Source: Malacoraja senta
Lineage: Eukaryota
Direction of reading: 5' to 3'
DNA length: 64,000 nt
Assembly (NCBI GenBank): GCA_038087875.1
Contig: CM075998.1
Span: 2,232,001-2,296,000 of the forward strand
Shown here: in pieces, positions 42,343 to 54,800 of the stretch
How the letters are laid out: each line of letters begins with the position of its first letter
How positions within the stretch are numbered: the first letter of the stretch is position 1
Position numbers and translations under genes: made by a program
The notes under the pieces: generated by a model
What the model was told of the DNA's origin: nothing
The model's database searches: none
What the model saw: the letters and a program-made list of their open reading frames with translations, nothing else

Positions 42343-42640
42343 GTACAATACAATACAATACGGTTTTATTCGTCACATTACACATAAATTGCAAGTGAAA
42401 TGAATTTGCCAGCAGCGGTACAATAAGAAAGAACACACAAAAACACAATAAAAATTTAACACAAACATCCACCACAGCATTCATCACTGTGGTGGAAGGC
42501 ACAAAATTTGGCCAGTCCTCCTCCATTTTCCCCCGTGGTCGGGACCTCAACCCTCCGCATTTACCGCTGCGGGCATCCAGATGAATGAAAGTTAAGGTAA
42601 GTCCTGAATCGGTGCCTCCCCCACCGGAGACCGCGGCTTA
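42343..42640 (-). mobile_element. SINE-like retroposon with (TTGTA)n tail
   Basis: AATAAA plus pentamer tail on -, internal hairpin 42468-42496, similar to the 25781-26015 element. Confidence 0.65.
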
Positions 42641-43606
42641 GGATTAGGATGCCATCAAGCTTGGATGGGGTGCCACAAACACTCATTGTCTGGATTCCCT
42701 AATGAAGGATGCCCATTTGTACAAGGTACTGGGCTGGGTTTGTCCTCTAAGGCAGGAAATTGACCCTCTCCAATGCGCTTGACACTCAACTTTCCTCTGA
42801 CCTGGCTGGGTGAGACAGTCACCCGTATCAGAAGGACTCTGGCTCACCAGCACTGTCTCGACGACAATAGAGGAGAGACAATAGATGTTGGCCTTGCCTG
42901 TGACGCCCAGTTTTCATGAACTAATTAAAACAGCGCCTATGTGCCATGGCACAGCTTGGTAATTCCTGGAAATGAGACATCTCTACACAGTCATGGGTGT
43001 TATGTACCTGGGTGGCATCTTCTCACTCATGCCCACCCTTTTGTAATTTCTATTAGCTGCTATGAATTAATAACCTGGAATTGGCGACATGAATGATAGC
43101 GATTACTCCACATCAAATACCCCTTCTCTCATTGGACCCTTACCTCCCAGTAGGTTACCAGCTGGCATCTTAAGTCATTGGAGGTGCTATTTATATTTCC
43201 TTGCACTTGTAATAAATGCCAACAAATTTGGGTAATTGTTTCCAAGGCAATTAGCCCCCCCCGATGATATCACGTGGGACAAATACAGACCAGAAAGTGA
43301 TCCGTGATGGTGTGGAAAAAGGCAACTGACTGCCTGCTGCCTAACATGCGAGATGTGGTAGCACAGGGGTTATGATAGTAATTCCCAATGCCAAGTCTGA
43401 TGATTGAGCGACACAAGTTCAAATCCCACTGTGGCAGCTGGGAAGCTTAAGTTCAGTTACTTTAAAAAAAACAGGAATTTAAGAAACTCATATCAGGAAT
43501 AGTGACTGTGATTCTACCAGATTGGATGTGGAGCTGTTAGTTTTATCCGTGCCTGACGTCTGCCTGATAGTACCAGCTGTGCTTTATGAACCACCAGGTT
43601 AACCTT

Positions 43607-43732
43607 CTTCTTCTTGCGTATGGCGAGCACAGCCTAAAGTTGTAGGACAACTTGTTCTATTTGATTGTGCACGCCGGGTTGATTGCATTGGTTGAAACAG
43701 GGCGGACCACGTGAAGGTTGCAATCTCCCACC
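43607..43732 (-). mobile_element. Short young retroposon with (AAG)n tail and 13-bp TSD
   Basis: CCAGGTTAACCTT at 43594-43606 and 43733-43745; CpG-rich body. Confidence 0.8.
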
Positions 43733-45587
43733 CCAGGTTAACCTTGAGCTCCTGGATCACTGGGAGGTGGGGGTGAGCTGGGTGCCCAAGACCCTTTGAC
43801 CCCTGAAGCTCCTCTGAAGGTTTTAAGCTCTTCCTTCCGTTTCTTTCATTGTGTTCCCCATACGACTTAGGAGGAGGCCACTCGTCTCCTTTACCCGCTG
43901 CTTCATTTGATAAGATCATGGCTGATCTGATTGTGACCTAAACTCTGCATTCCTGCCTACCCTTGTGTATCAAGCATCTATCTATCCACAGATCCGTATA
44001 AGAAATGGGCCTCTGTTTGTGCTTTTTAAAATGATTATTGTGCCTTCTTGTTGCTGTTTTTAAAAGTACGTCAAAGATTGCAAAGTTCACAAGTACCAGT
44101 TGAAAAACGTCATTCTATCTCCCTCATTTGACTCTCAGGAGCAGCAGAATTTTCTGATCAAATTTGTCAGTGCTGCGAGCACATAGACGCATACCTCATC
44201 AGACAACTCTTAAAGGTATGGTAGTCAATTGCCACAAGCACCCTTCAAGTGACTGGAGAGCAGTGATCACTTCAGCATAGCTGGCTGCTCCCTGATGGCA
44301 GGGAGTGTGTTGCTGGGTTTTTTAATGACAGGAATATTTTGGGGCAGTGGGTCATCCTGGTGGGGGTCAGCTCATCCACAGGAGTGATGTCCTCAGTTCA
44401 TTGTATTTCAAAAATAAGGGACGGGATAATGCTTTGGCGTGGGGTCAGAGAATTTTCCTTCGAAGAACAAAATTCCCTGTTCAGCCTGTTCCTGTGGGCT
44501 AAAGTAAAGGTGTTTGAAATCTGTTCTGGTAGGGAGTGTCAGTCACGTCCCTGATGCAGCAGTGATCAGCGACCTCTGGGATGCGGTTTACATCTGAAGA
44601 TGGGACCTGGAGCGCTCCTGAGGCTAGGGAATTGAGAGTGAAGGTGACTGTGTGCCTTGGGAGTTGGTGACGGCTTCTTTTACACCCTTATACCAATTCA
44701 AGGATACATCTAGATGGGAACTTACTCTCTGTAAGGACATTAATACAGTTTGCAAACACCCTCACTTTGCACAAGATGGGTATTTAAATGGCAGTTTTGA
44801 TGGCAGCAAAGTGTTTTAAAATGGAAGGAAGGGTCAGTGTTGAAGGAGAACAGGCGAGTGAGGTGACAGCATGTGGTGCAGTCTGCCTATGACTGATTAA
44901 TTTTTTTAATAATATTCAGTTTGAGCGTTATTAAAAACTGATTTTTTTTCTGAGTGAACAATGCCTGTCATTATTTAGCCCAACTTTGGTTGAAAATGTC
45001 ACAGGAGACGGACTTTGGGTGTTGCACTAATGTTGACGTCATCTGAGCAATCTGAATGCCAGAAAAACAACCTCGTACCAATCAGTATTAATGACAAGAA
45101 ACCAGCGCAAAATTACCTCACACTGTGTCAACACATTTTCCACTTTGTAACCCCTGGATTTCTAGCTCTACATACAGAAGGGTTTCTTAGCGAGGGACTA
45201 TTCCAGCATGACCAAAAGATGGGAGAGAATCTGTAAATTAATCAAGTTTTTTTTCCCACTGAATTCTGAGGGGCTGCAGTTTCAGGGATTGTGAATTCAC
45301 ATTTCACTCAAGGTTCACCCTCCAAGGAATGCTGCTCTATCTGAGCTAGGGGGATCATCTGTGCTCTCAGATAGACATAAGATATTGCCTGGTGCTGCTT
45401 TGTGTGGCAGGGTGTCTTCACTGCTGTCCCGGGTATGATAGTGGCAATCCAGGGACTGAGTTTGAATCGGACCGCAGCGGCTGTGGAATTTAAATTTGGT
45501 TAACAATCCAGAATTAATTGGTGATGACCACAAGTACTGGATTCGTGCGGATATCTGCTATTTTTGCCCAGTGTGGCTGATAGTGAG

Positions 45588-45816
45588 GAATGTAGAAACA
45601 AGGAACCGCAGATGCTGGTTTACAAAGGAAAGACACAAAATACTGGAGTAACTCAGCGGGTCAGGCAGCATCTCTGGAGAACATGGATAAGCGACGTTTT
45701 TGGTCAGAAACCTTCTTCAGACTGAAGAAGAGTCCTGACCCGAAACGTCACCTATCCATGTTCTCCAGGGATGTTGCCTGACCCGCTGAGTTACTCCAGC
45801 ATTTTGTGTCATTCCT
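45588..45816. mobile_element. Penelope-derived fold-back (second subfamily) with back-to-back hammerhead-like cores, 14-bp TSD (1 mismatch)
   Basis: Arms around central CTTCTTCAGACTGAAGAAG; TGGC(T/C)GATAGTGAG at 45574-45587 and 45817-45830. Confidence 0.87.
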
Positions 45817-45842
45817 TGGCCGATAGTGAGTTCTAGTCAGCA

Positions 45843-46180
45843 TCCCTGCTCCCAACCAGCAGAAGGTACAGAAGCTTGAAAGCATGCACAACTGGACTCA
45901 GGAACAGCTTCTTCCCTTCTGTTATCAGGCTTCTGAACAGTTCTTCCATAAGCTAGGGTACTGTTCCATTCCCCTCGACCCCATTGCGGACATTGGACTT
46001 TGTCTCCGGAACTGAAGCGCTAAAATGCTGAGAACTATATTCTGCACTCTGTATCTTCCCCTTTGCTCTACCTGTTGGACTTGAGTTTGACTTGATTGTA
46101 TAGTATTATCTGATCTGTATGGATAGCACGCAGAACAAAGCTTTCCACTGTACCTCTAAGACGTGACAATAATAGACCTA
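45843..46180 (+). mobile_element. Rex1/Babar-like LINE 3' end
   Basis: Reads LLPTSRRYRSLKACTTGLRNSFFPSVIRLLN, followed by a tail ending GTGACAATAA. Confidence 0.65.
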
Positions 46181-46464
46181 AAGAAAGGTGACTGGATGCA
46201 CGTCTGAAATGCCTTAGTAAGCCACTCGGTTCAAGGGCAGTTAGAGAAGTAAATGCTCGATAATGCCCTTAAAGCCCTGATCTTGGGAAATGAATGAATA
46301 AATAAGGGAAAAAAATGCTGTGGACCACTAGGAGGAGAAGGTGCCCAAGTGAGATTATTACCTGGGGTATCATGTAGAGTTCTGGTCTCCTTACCGAAGA
46401 AAGGATATCTCTGTCATAGCGTGACAGCAGCAAAGATTTACCAGACTAATCCCAGGAATGGTGG

Positions 46465-46666
46465 AAACAAAGATGTGCAGGTGCTGGTTTATACCAAAGA
46501 CAGACTCAAACTGCTGGAGTAACTCAGCGGGTTTCTGGAGAACATGGATAGGTGACGTTTTGAGTCGGGTCAGACTGAAGAAGGGTCTCGACCCAAAACA
46601 TCACCTTTCTTTTTTCTCCAGAGATGCTGCCTGATTCGCTGAGTTACTCCAGCGCTTTGTATCTAT
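46465..46666. mobile_element. Penelope-derived fold-back inside a CR1 remnant, 13-bp TSD
   Basis: CCAGGAATGGTGG at 46452-46464 and 46667-46679. Confidence 0.85.
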
Positions 46667-48640
46667 CCAGGAATGGTGGGTTTGCCACATGAGGAGAGAT
46701 TGAGTGAACTGGGACTTTATTCTCCAGACTATATGGAAGAATGAGAGGAGACGGTGCATGCAGTGACAATGTTTGTGTTTGGCTCAGAAGTCTAGATCTT
46801 ATTCCTCCCTTCACCCACGCTGAGAATTTCTAGAGTTCATTGTTTTTTAATTTTATATTTCCAGCATGTGCAGTTTTTTTTCTTCTCCGATTACATACTT
46901 ACTTTTGAAGTGAGGGGAAATGTCGAGTGGGAAAATAACAGGTTTCTGAGCCGGCTCTCCTGCTTTGTTGGCTCACTGAGATGGTGTGGACAGATGAACT
47001 GGGCAGGATACAATGCAGTTTATGCTTCAATGTTTCGTCACCAATGCGTTTTCTAGCTGTATCAGTCTGTCTGAGCGGACGCTTTTCTTCAGACTGCTTT
47101 CCCGTTAAGATGCCGGGCATCTGTGATAGGTATTAGCCAAGAGCCCACAATACACTGTGGTGTGGATATCTCACACTGACCGTTACACTGAGTTTATTGT
47201 CTGGGAAGGCCTCATGACACCGGAGTGACTGAAAGCAGATCGTCTGTTGCCGTGAAATCACAATGGTGTTTTGTACTGAACGTGACTCACCCTTCAACCC
47301 TGAAGTTAGAATTTCTGCACCCTGACATGTGAAGAAATGGTGTCTACCAGTTTTGCAAACTGCATGTCGCATCAGTGTTTATAATCTACAGTATGCAGAC
47401 TGTATGAATAATCCAGATGAACGAGTGTGGCTCTCATTCTGAGTGGTGTAACGCTTTGCTTGTCTGATTGTTGATTTTGTTGATTGGTATTGTCTGGCAT
47501 TGCCTGATATTGTCTCTTCCCGGGTTCCAGTCCGGGTCAGTGTTGAGTCAGTTTCCTCCCTTCTCTCGGGAGTTGGTGGAAGGGCAAACCCCCTTTTCAC
47601 TGGCCCGGGAAACAAACGCGACCACTCTTCACCATTGGAAAATTCTTGCGCACGTACTCGCAGCAGGCGCGGTTGTGATACACTCCACACTCAGAGTCTC
47701 TTGTCCCTTTACTTTCCAGTTCTCACTTGATTGAGACACCGGAGAGCTTATAGTTGAACAGTATCTCAGAGTGGGCGTTTGGAATGTGGGTCGACTTCCA
47801 CAGGGGTAGTCTATGGTTAAAGGGGGGGGGGGGGAAGAGAGTGGTGAAGAAGGATAGAGGTGGGACAGATCAAGGATAGCGCGGCAGAGAACTGGGACAG
47901 ATCAGAAGGGCTAAATGGCAAGTTTGTGTTGTTAATGTTCTTGAATCAGGAGAAAAGGATGGAAAGTGAAGGGTATATGATAATTGTGAGCTTTCAGGCT
48001 GCATCTCTGGAATATGTGGTTGGGTGACGTTTTGGGCCCGGACCCTTTTTCAGACTGATGATACAGACTTCAGACTTGTAAGTTACAAGGATGTACTAAA
48101 GTTGCAGTAGGTGTGGCAAAAGAACAAGTCTTTCATCCTCGTATCTAAGAGGCATTCTTTGTTCCCGGGAGTGTGTACCGGAACTGCAGATTCCAATAGG
48201 CTACATGATGAAGCCCATTGAGTCACACAGTGCCAACCATGTATGACCAATTGCCTTTTATCCAGATTGCACTGACTGATTTTTTTCTAAAAAGACAAAA
48301 AGACAATTGAGAAATCTGTGCATGGCTGGGGGAAGAACTCCCAGTGTGATCTGTCAGTGAGAATAAAGGCCAGCATGGGGTCATGACTGTCTCAATTAGC
48401 ATAACACCAACAGTCCATTTGTTTCGACTTCAACACATCTCCAGCCCTGCTCAGTGTTTCGCTGTGGAGTTGGTCTTCACAGCACTGACAACGAACCTTC
48501 CATTTTTTTACCAATGTGGCTCTGAGCACAGCAGTCAAGAGGCTAATTCTCTCCCTCCCATCCTCTTCCACAAGATCATTTGCCAGGTCAGTAAACCCAG
48601 AAAGTCACTTGGACATTGAGGGAAAGACATGTACAAAGTA

Positions 48641-48801
48641 TAGAAGGTAGAAACAAGGAGCTGCAAATGCTGGCTTAGATAAAAGGACACAAAGTGCTGG
48701 AGTAACTCAGCCGGTCAAGCAGCATCTCTGCAAGTGTCCCGACCCAAAATCCAAGTTCTCCATTTGATCTGCTAAATTACTCCAGTACTCTGTGTCCAAC
48801 T
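48641..48801. mobile_element. Decayed Penelope-derived fold-back, 11-bp TSD
   Basis: TGTACAAAGTA at 48630-48640 and 48802-48812. Confidence 0.75.
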
Positions 48802-51671
48802 TGTACAAAGTAATTGGGTCAGCTGTCCGTCGAGCTTTGGGGACACTCCCAGGTAAGGTATAGCACAATCATTGCATCTCAATGAAATAAGCGCTTCCTC
48901 CAACACTGTTCTTGTGAAGTGGGAACTCCTACATCTGAGCACGCCTGTTGTACTGATGTAAGCTTTCAACTTCCCATGTTGTTCCCATGAATGACACTCA
49001 TGGGTCTCGTGTACAATGAAACACAATAGGACATTCACCTTATCCAAAGAGTAGTTAGAAGGTGGAACTTGCTCACAGTGGTTGAGGCACATATGCATTG
49101 AAAGGGAGACTGAACAACCATTTAAGGGAGAAGGGGATAGAGGACAAGTTGAGAGATTTAGATAAGGAAAGATGCTCATGTGGAGTATGAACACCACCAT
49201 AGACTGGTTGGGCCAAATGGACCATGCCAAATATCCTGCGTAATTCAATAAATTATACTCTGCTTTATGCTATGAGTTTACAGCCATAAATTCAACATAT
49301 TGCTGCCCATTTCTCTGGGCTGCTTCAGACAGTATCTCAATAGAGATCAAAGGATTTTGTCTCTGCTCTCTGCAACACACCGTGTGCCTTAAGTGTGGGT
49401 TCAATCTCGCAAATTAAATCCTGAAATGAAACAGCAGATTTAGGATGGAATTAATTGTCCAGATGTGTAGAGTTAGACCAATGAATGCTCTGAGGGGCAT
49501 AAATATTTCTGAGCAATTTGAAGAATGGCAGTGAGTATCATTTGTTAGAAGCTCTGTGCACAGTCAAACAGAAAAAAAAGACTTTCATTTCTGTCACACG
49601 TTTCACTTTTTAAGGTCACATCACAACTAATCATGTATAATCACTGTTGTAATGTAGCCAAGCTGAGCACAGCAATCTCCCACAGACAGCAATGTGCTAA
49701 TGTCCAAATTACCTGCTTCATGATTGTTAATTGAGGTTTAAATCATAGGCCAGCACAGTCTGGAAATTCCCCTGCATTTTGCAGAGCACCTTACCTTGGT
49801 TTAATCTTCTTCTTGGCTTGCTGATGACGTGGTACTCCCTCGGCACTGCCCTTCCAGCATTGCATAGCTTTCCTTCACATCATGGAAGTGGGGTTAAGTT
49901 GAGGAATGGATTACATTTTACAAGGGTTGTGGATGCAGTAGACTTCATGGGATAAATTGTCTTTCGTTTCTTTTCTTTGCTAAAGCAAGTAAAGTCATGA
50001 GATGCTGATGAAAGTCAACCTTGCTCAAGTGATAAATATTAGCATGTTCTCCTCCGAGTCAAGATGTTGCCTCCAAGCCCTGCTCCAGAATTTGAATCTG
50101 GGAATATCTGGGTGAATCGCAACTGCTTACTGACTAAAACTGACTCTGCCCCACATGAGGAAATAATAGAGTGGGTAACCAAAGGGTTGGTTATGGGGGC
50201 AGGTTTTAAGGAGCACCGCAATGGAGGAAACCAAGGGGAAAAGGTTTAAAAAGGGAATTCCAGAGATGGCTGTTAGTGGTGGAAGAACCAAAGTCGAGGG
50301 ATGAGCAAGTGGCCTGAATTGTGGGAGCACAGAAATCTTGTAGGGTTATGGATGTGGAGAGAGTCACATCGACAGCAAGTGCAAAGCTACAAAGGCATTT
50401 CCACAATAAATAAATAAATGGACACAATATAATATTCATGCTGAGAGTAACCATTGCACTTAGAACAAGTAGACTTCCTTTTGTAAGATGATAACTGACA
50501 CTATTTTGATCAAAAACTGTACTTTTATTTCCACTTTAAGTAGCAGCAACAGAAATCCTAGGTTTGAATCCAGCCCAGACTGCTGGGATAAGGACCTGTC
50601 TCTGACGACTTGTAAAGTTTGAGATGACATGAGCAGGTTTGACCTTTATATACCTATACGCTGTACACATTGGTGCAAGTTTTGCCAATGTCACACCAAG
50701 AGGCTTTGCAGTGTCATAAACAAAGAGAAATGCCCGAATGTATGCTGTGTTTTAGGGGATCTCCTTAAAGTAAGAGCTAGTGTGGACAGGCTAAATTTTG
50801 CTTTTGTGTCTTATTGAACTGTATTTGTGTTGATATTGGAGATCTAAATCATTCCTTAGCTTCAATATTAGCTCCTTTTTCGACCAGACTCGGCCACTGT
50901 GATGGTGGTTGAATAGCAAGAATCATTGTTTAAATGCCCCCTTGTTCACAGATTTCCATTGTTCCTCCAATGCTGTCTCCTTTTTGCTGGTGGCTTCAGC
51001 TATTTTTGCTTCCAAACCAGTTTCTTTCCGCTCTACAGTGCAGCCTTTGGGCACAGGAAATTGTGGTCTTGCATCTTTTTGTTCTCCCTCTTTCACTATT
51101 TATCACTTGTTAATGATCAGTGGTCCCAATTTAAACTTTCAAATGTTTTGGCGGCCTGGGTGTAAGAAGTGAGATGGTAATGAGGCCTTTTTATCTCAAT
51201 AGCCCGCATTGTTGGACCTCATAAATTCTTCTAATGAGTTATCTGTCAACTATTTCATAAACAGCACAAAAAAGGAAGCCAACTCTGTCACAGGTTTTGC
51301 AAGCACATTGGATAAAACCACATTGTCAGGTTTTGGATACATATCAAATAAGAGCATACATTTCTGCTGAAATCTTTTGTTTAAGGTTTAGTTTTAAGGA
51401 GGAAATTAAATAGTTTTATGTATGGCTTTATATTGTGGCGCTGCACTTGTGTGGAATGTAGTGGGTTAAGTGACTGGAAAAGTAATTACAAACTTGAGAA
51501 CCGAGTTCAAATCTCACCACAGCAGCTTGGGACTTTACATTTAAATAATTATATATCCAATGACCCAGGGTTGATTCTGGTGACACAAGAGACTGCAGAT
51601 GCTGGTGTCTTGAGCAAAAAACAAAATGACGGGGGAACTTAGCGGTTCTCTGGTGCTGTCTGTGTGAAGTT

Positions 51672-51895
51672 TGTACAAACAAGTAACTGCAGATGCTGGT
51701 TTACAAAGGAAAAGACACAAAGTGCAGGAGTAACTCAGTGGGTTAGGCAGCATTCCTGGAGAACATGGATAGGTGGTGTTTCGGATTGGGACCTGATCCG
51801 AAACAAACCCGAATCCCAACCTGAAAAGACACTTATCCATGTTCTCCAGAGATGCTGCCTGACCCGCTGAGTTACTCCAGCACTTTGTGTCTATT
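51672..51895. mobile_element. Penelope-derived fold-back nested in a V-SINE remnant
   Basis: GGAGTAACTCAG...CTGAGTTACTCC arms; SINE sequence resumes on both sides. Confidence 0.75.
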
Positions 51896-54800
51896 TTCGT
51901 TCTCTCTGTGACTTGCGTAGGATTCCCTTGGGTGCCCCAGTTTCCTCCAACATCCCAGAAATGTGCGGGTTAGTAAGTAACATTTTGGGCAAATATTTGG
52001 TATAGAAGGTGGGCAACATGTGAGCCCTTTTACCTCTTCATTGATCTGTACTGCACCGTCTGACTGCAAACTTAGTTCTTTGTCTTCTTGGACTGCCCAA
52101 TTCCAGGGTTCAGAGGTATCAGATCAGGTCAAAGTGGGACTCACAGACTGTGCAGGTGACACAGGAGTTGCCTGATGGGGAGGGTGGGTGCTGATGCCCA
52201 GATTGTTGCGCACTCCTGCTTGTTTGGGCTTCAGTTCCACTTACTCCCCGAGGAGTCTTCCTACATACATCGTCACCAGTTTAAGTGCTCGTGGGACAGA
52301 GATTCCAACAAGTTGGTGAGGATGTTCCGTTTTTTCAAAGAGCTTTGACATTTTTTCTCTGCCCTCCAGGTAATGGCTTGCTATACAAGAAAAAAAACCT
52401 GGAGTTACTCGGCTGGTCAAGCAGCATCTATAGAGGCAAATAAATGACTGATGTTTTGGATCAGGAGACTTCAGCACACTGTTCACTGCTGAACAATTGG
52501 TTGTCATGATGTGGCTCAGAACAGAGGGCCCGTTTCAGCTTGGTTAATGAATGTAGCCATCATCACATCAGCACAATGGTCAGGCTGGATTCTTGGAGGA
52601 AAGTGTAGAAGTTGGGGAGTAGGAGATGAAACTAACAAATATTCCATGTTTACCTTCTTCTCTTGCACAGTTTCTTACTTGATGCATCTACGAACAGCAA
52701 CCAGAACTAGGGGAATATTTGTGTAACAGGAAAATTAAACATTTCCAGTCAATTGATATGGATGTGGAGATCTGAACGTGGAGCCAGGGGAAGGCACAGA
52801 ATAGCGTTAACAGCTGCTGTGTGCCAGGACAATTGTGTTAAGTAGCTTGCACACTACACTGTGAATTGTTTAATTGTTGAATCCAGAAAATGCCTGCGGG
52901 TGACTCTGTCCAACTTTGCCAAGTGGTCAGAGATTATGGCTCCTCTCCTCAGAAGCAGAGTAGATAAGTTGGAGGCTGATAAAGTATTCGCCCTCAAAGC
53001 CTGACAAAGCCGGGTTTGTACGATGTGCCAATTCACAAAGGGCTACCTCTGGTTTCTCCCTGTGTGAAGACCATTGTTTCTGAATAAAGACCCTGATTAT
53101 ACTGCCATTAGCTATGGCAGTTTGAGGGGCCTGTGGAATCTGACCTTTTGAAGGCCGAGTACTGCTGAAAAGGCAGAGCTAAAGAGTCAAAAGACTTGGA
53201 TTAAAACGGGCCCCATCCAGCTGCAATGGATTGTGGAGTTTAACCCTTGGAACCCTCTGAAGAAGGGGGAAAATGTTGCAAAGTAGGTGGGGTGGAGACG
53301 GGAAGGGAAAGACAATGAATCACACAGCTCAAAACTGGTGATGGACACTTGTTGTGACCACATGAGTTTCCCTGTGACCACTTGTTTCATCCGAGTGTTT
53401 CACTTTCCTCCCACATCCCAAAGACGGCAGGTTGTTTGGTTAATTCACCTCTGAAAATTGCTCCAGTGTGTAGGTGAGTTGGAGAATCAAAGGGTGGAGA
53501 ATAGTTGATGGGAATGTGGGGAGACTAAAATGAGCTTGGATAGCATTGGTGTAAAAATGGATGCTTGATGGTCAGCACAGATTCAGTGGGCTGAAAGGCC
53601 TGTTTCCGTGCTATGTCTCTGCATGACTTTGTGACTTGCTCCTCTATGCCCCACCTCCTCAACCACGTGCTGTGTCACTAAGACTCCATTGTTAAACCAC
53701 GGTTTAAGCATCTCCTTGTCAGCATTGGAAAAGTGGGTTGGTCCGAGTGTAGCCAGATCAGGATTGTGGCCAGTGTGGCATTAGAGGTATACCAGGCTTG
53801 CTGCTGTGCCTGCCAACACACACCATCCAATCCCCACCCTTGGAGGATGGATAGAAGTATTGGAGTCTCTTAACCGTCAGTAGTTACATGAGGGAAGGAG
53901 CAAGGAGATGCACTTTCCCATTGGCGCAGAGAATTCGGAATCCCTGTGGCTATTTTTCCATGTTTCCGGGTGCCTAGGGCGAGACCTCGCACGTCAAGCC
54001 TGTGCCAGTGAGCTGCCGTCTTTCACTGTGGTTTGTTTGCCTGTGGAGTGCAGGAATGTGTACTTTGGTTGAGGTGTATAAGTGGGCCCCGCTCTGCTCC
54101 AGTAGGTAGAATAGGCCAACTGTATTGTGCTGTTGCTTGGATAGGAGTTTTTTCCCTTACCGAAGCAGATGTGAAGCCAACTTGCTCTGAGCACTTTATG
54201 CTAAACAAGGTATCGGAATCTTTTTCCGCTTGGGTGAGGACTCTGTCGTATCAGTGCTATCTAGCAGCAGAGCAGAAGCTGGAAACGGTGTGATAGTTCT
54301 ATGCTTGGCGTGCTGGCATACCTGTGTCACCTACAATAAATAGATACAAAGTGCTGGAGTAACTCAGCAGGACCGGCAACATCTCTGGAGAGAATGAATG
54401 GGTGACGTTTTGGGTCGAGACCCTTCTTTAGACATAAGTTGCAGATTGGTACCTGCAGTATCAATATGGTATAGAAGTGCCGTGCCTGGGTAACACTATT
54501 AGGTGAAAGATCTTAGGTGCTTCAAACATAGCTTATATTTCTGTAGCTCCTGTAGAAAACACATCCCAGGTTGCAGCCTATAGTCGATTATCAAACATAA
54601 TTCGACATTGAATCTCATGTGGAATATTGCGATAAGTGAACAAATGCTTGGTCAGTTTGGAATGTTTTAAAGAGGTGAAAGAAGTGGAAAGGTTGAGGGA
54701 GGGAATTCCAGAACTCTGGCCCAGTCGGCTGAAGGCACGATCACCAGTGGTGGAGTAATTAGCTTTGGAGAAGGTCATGACACCAGAGTTGGAGATTTGG

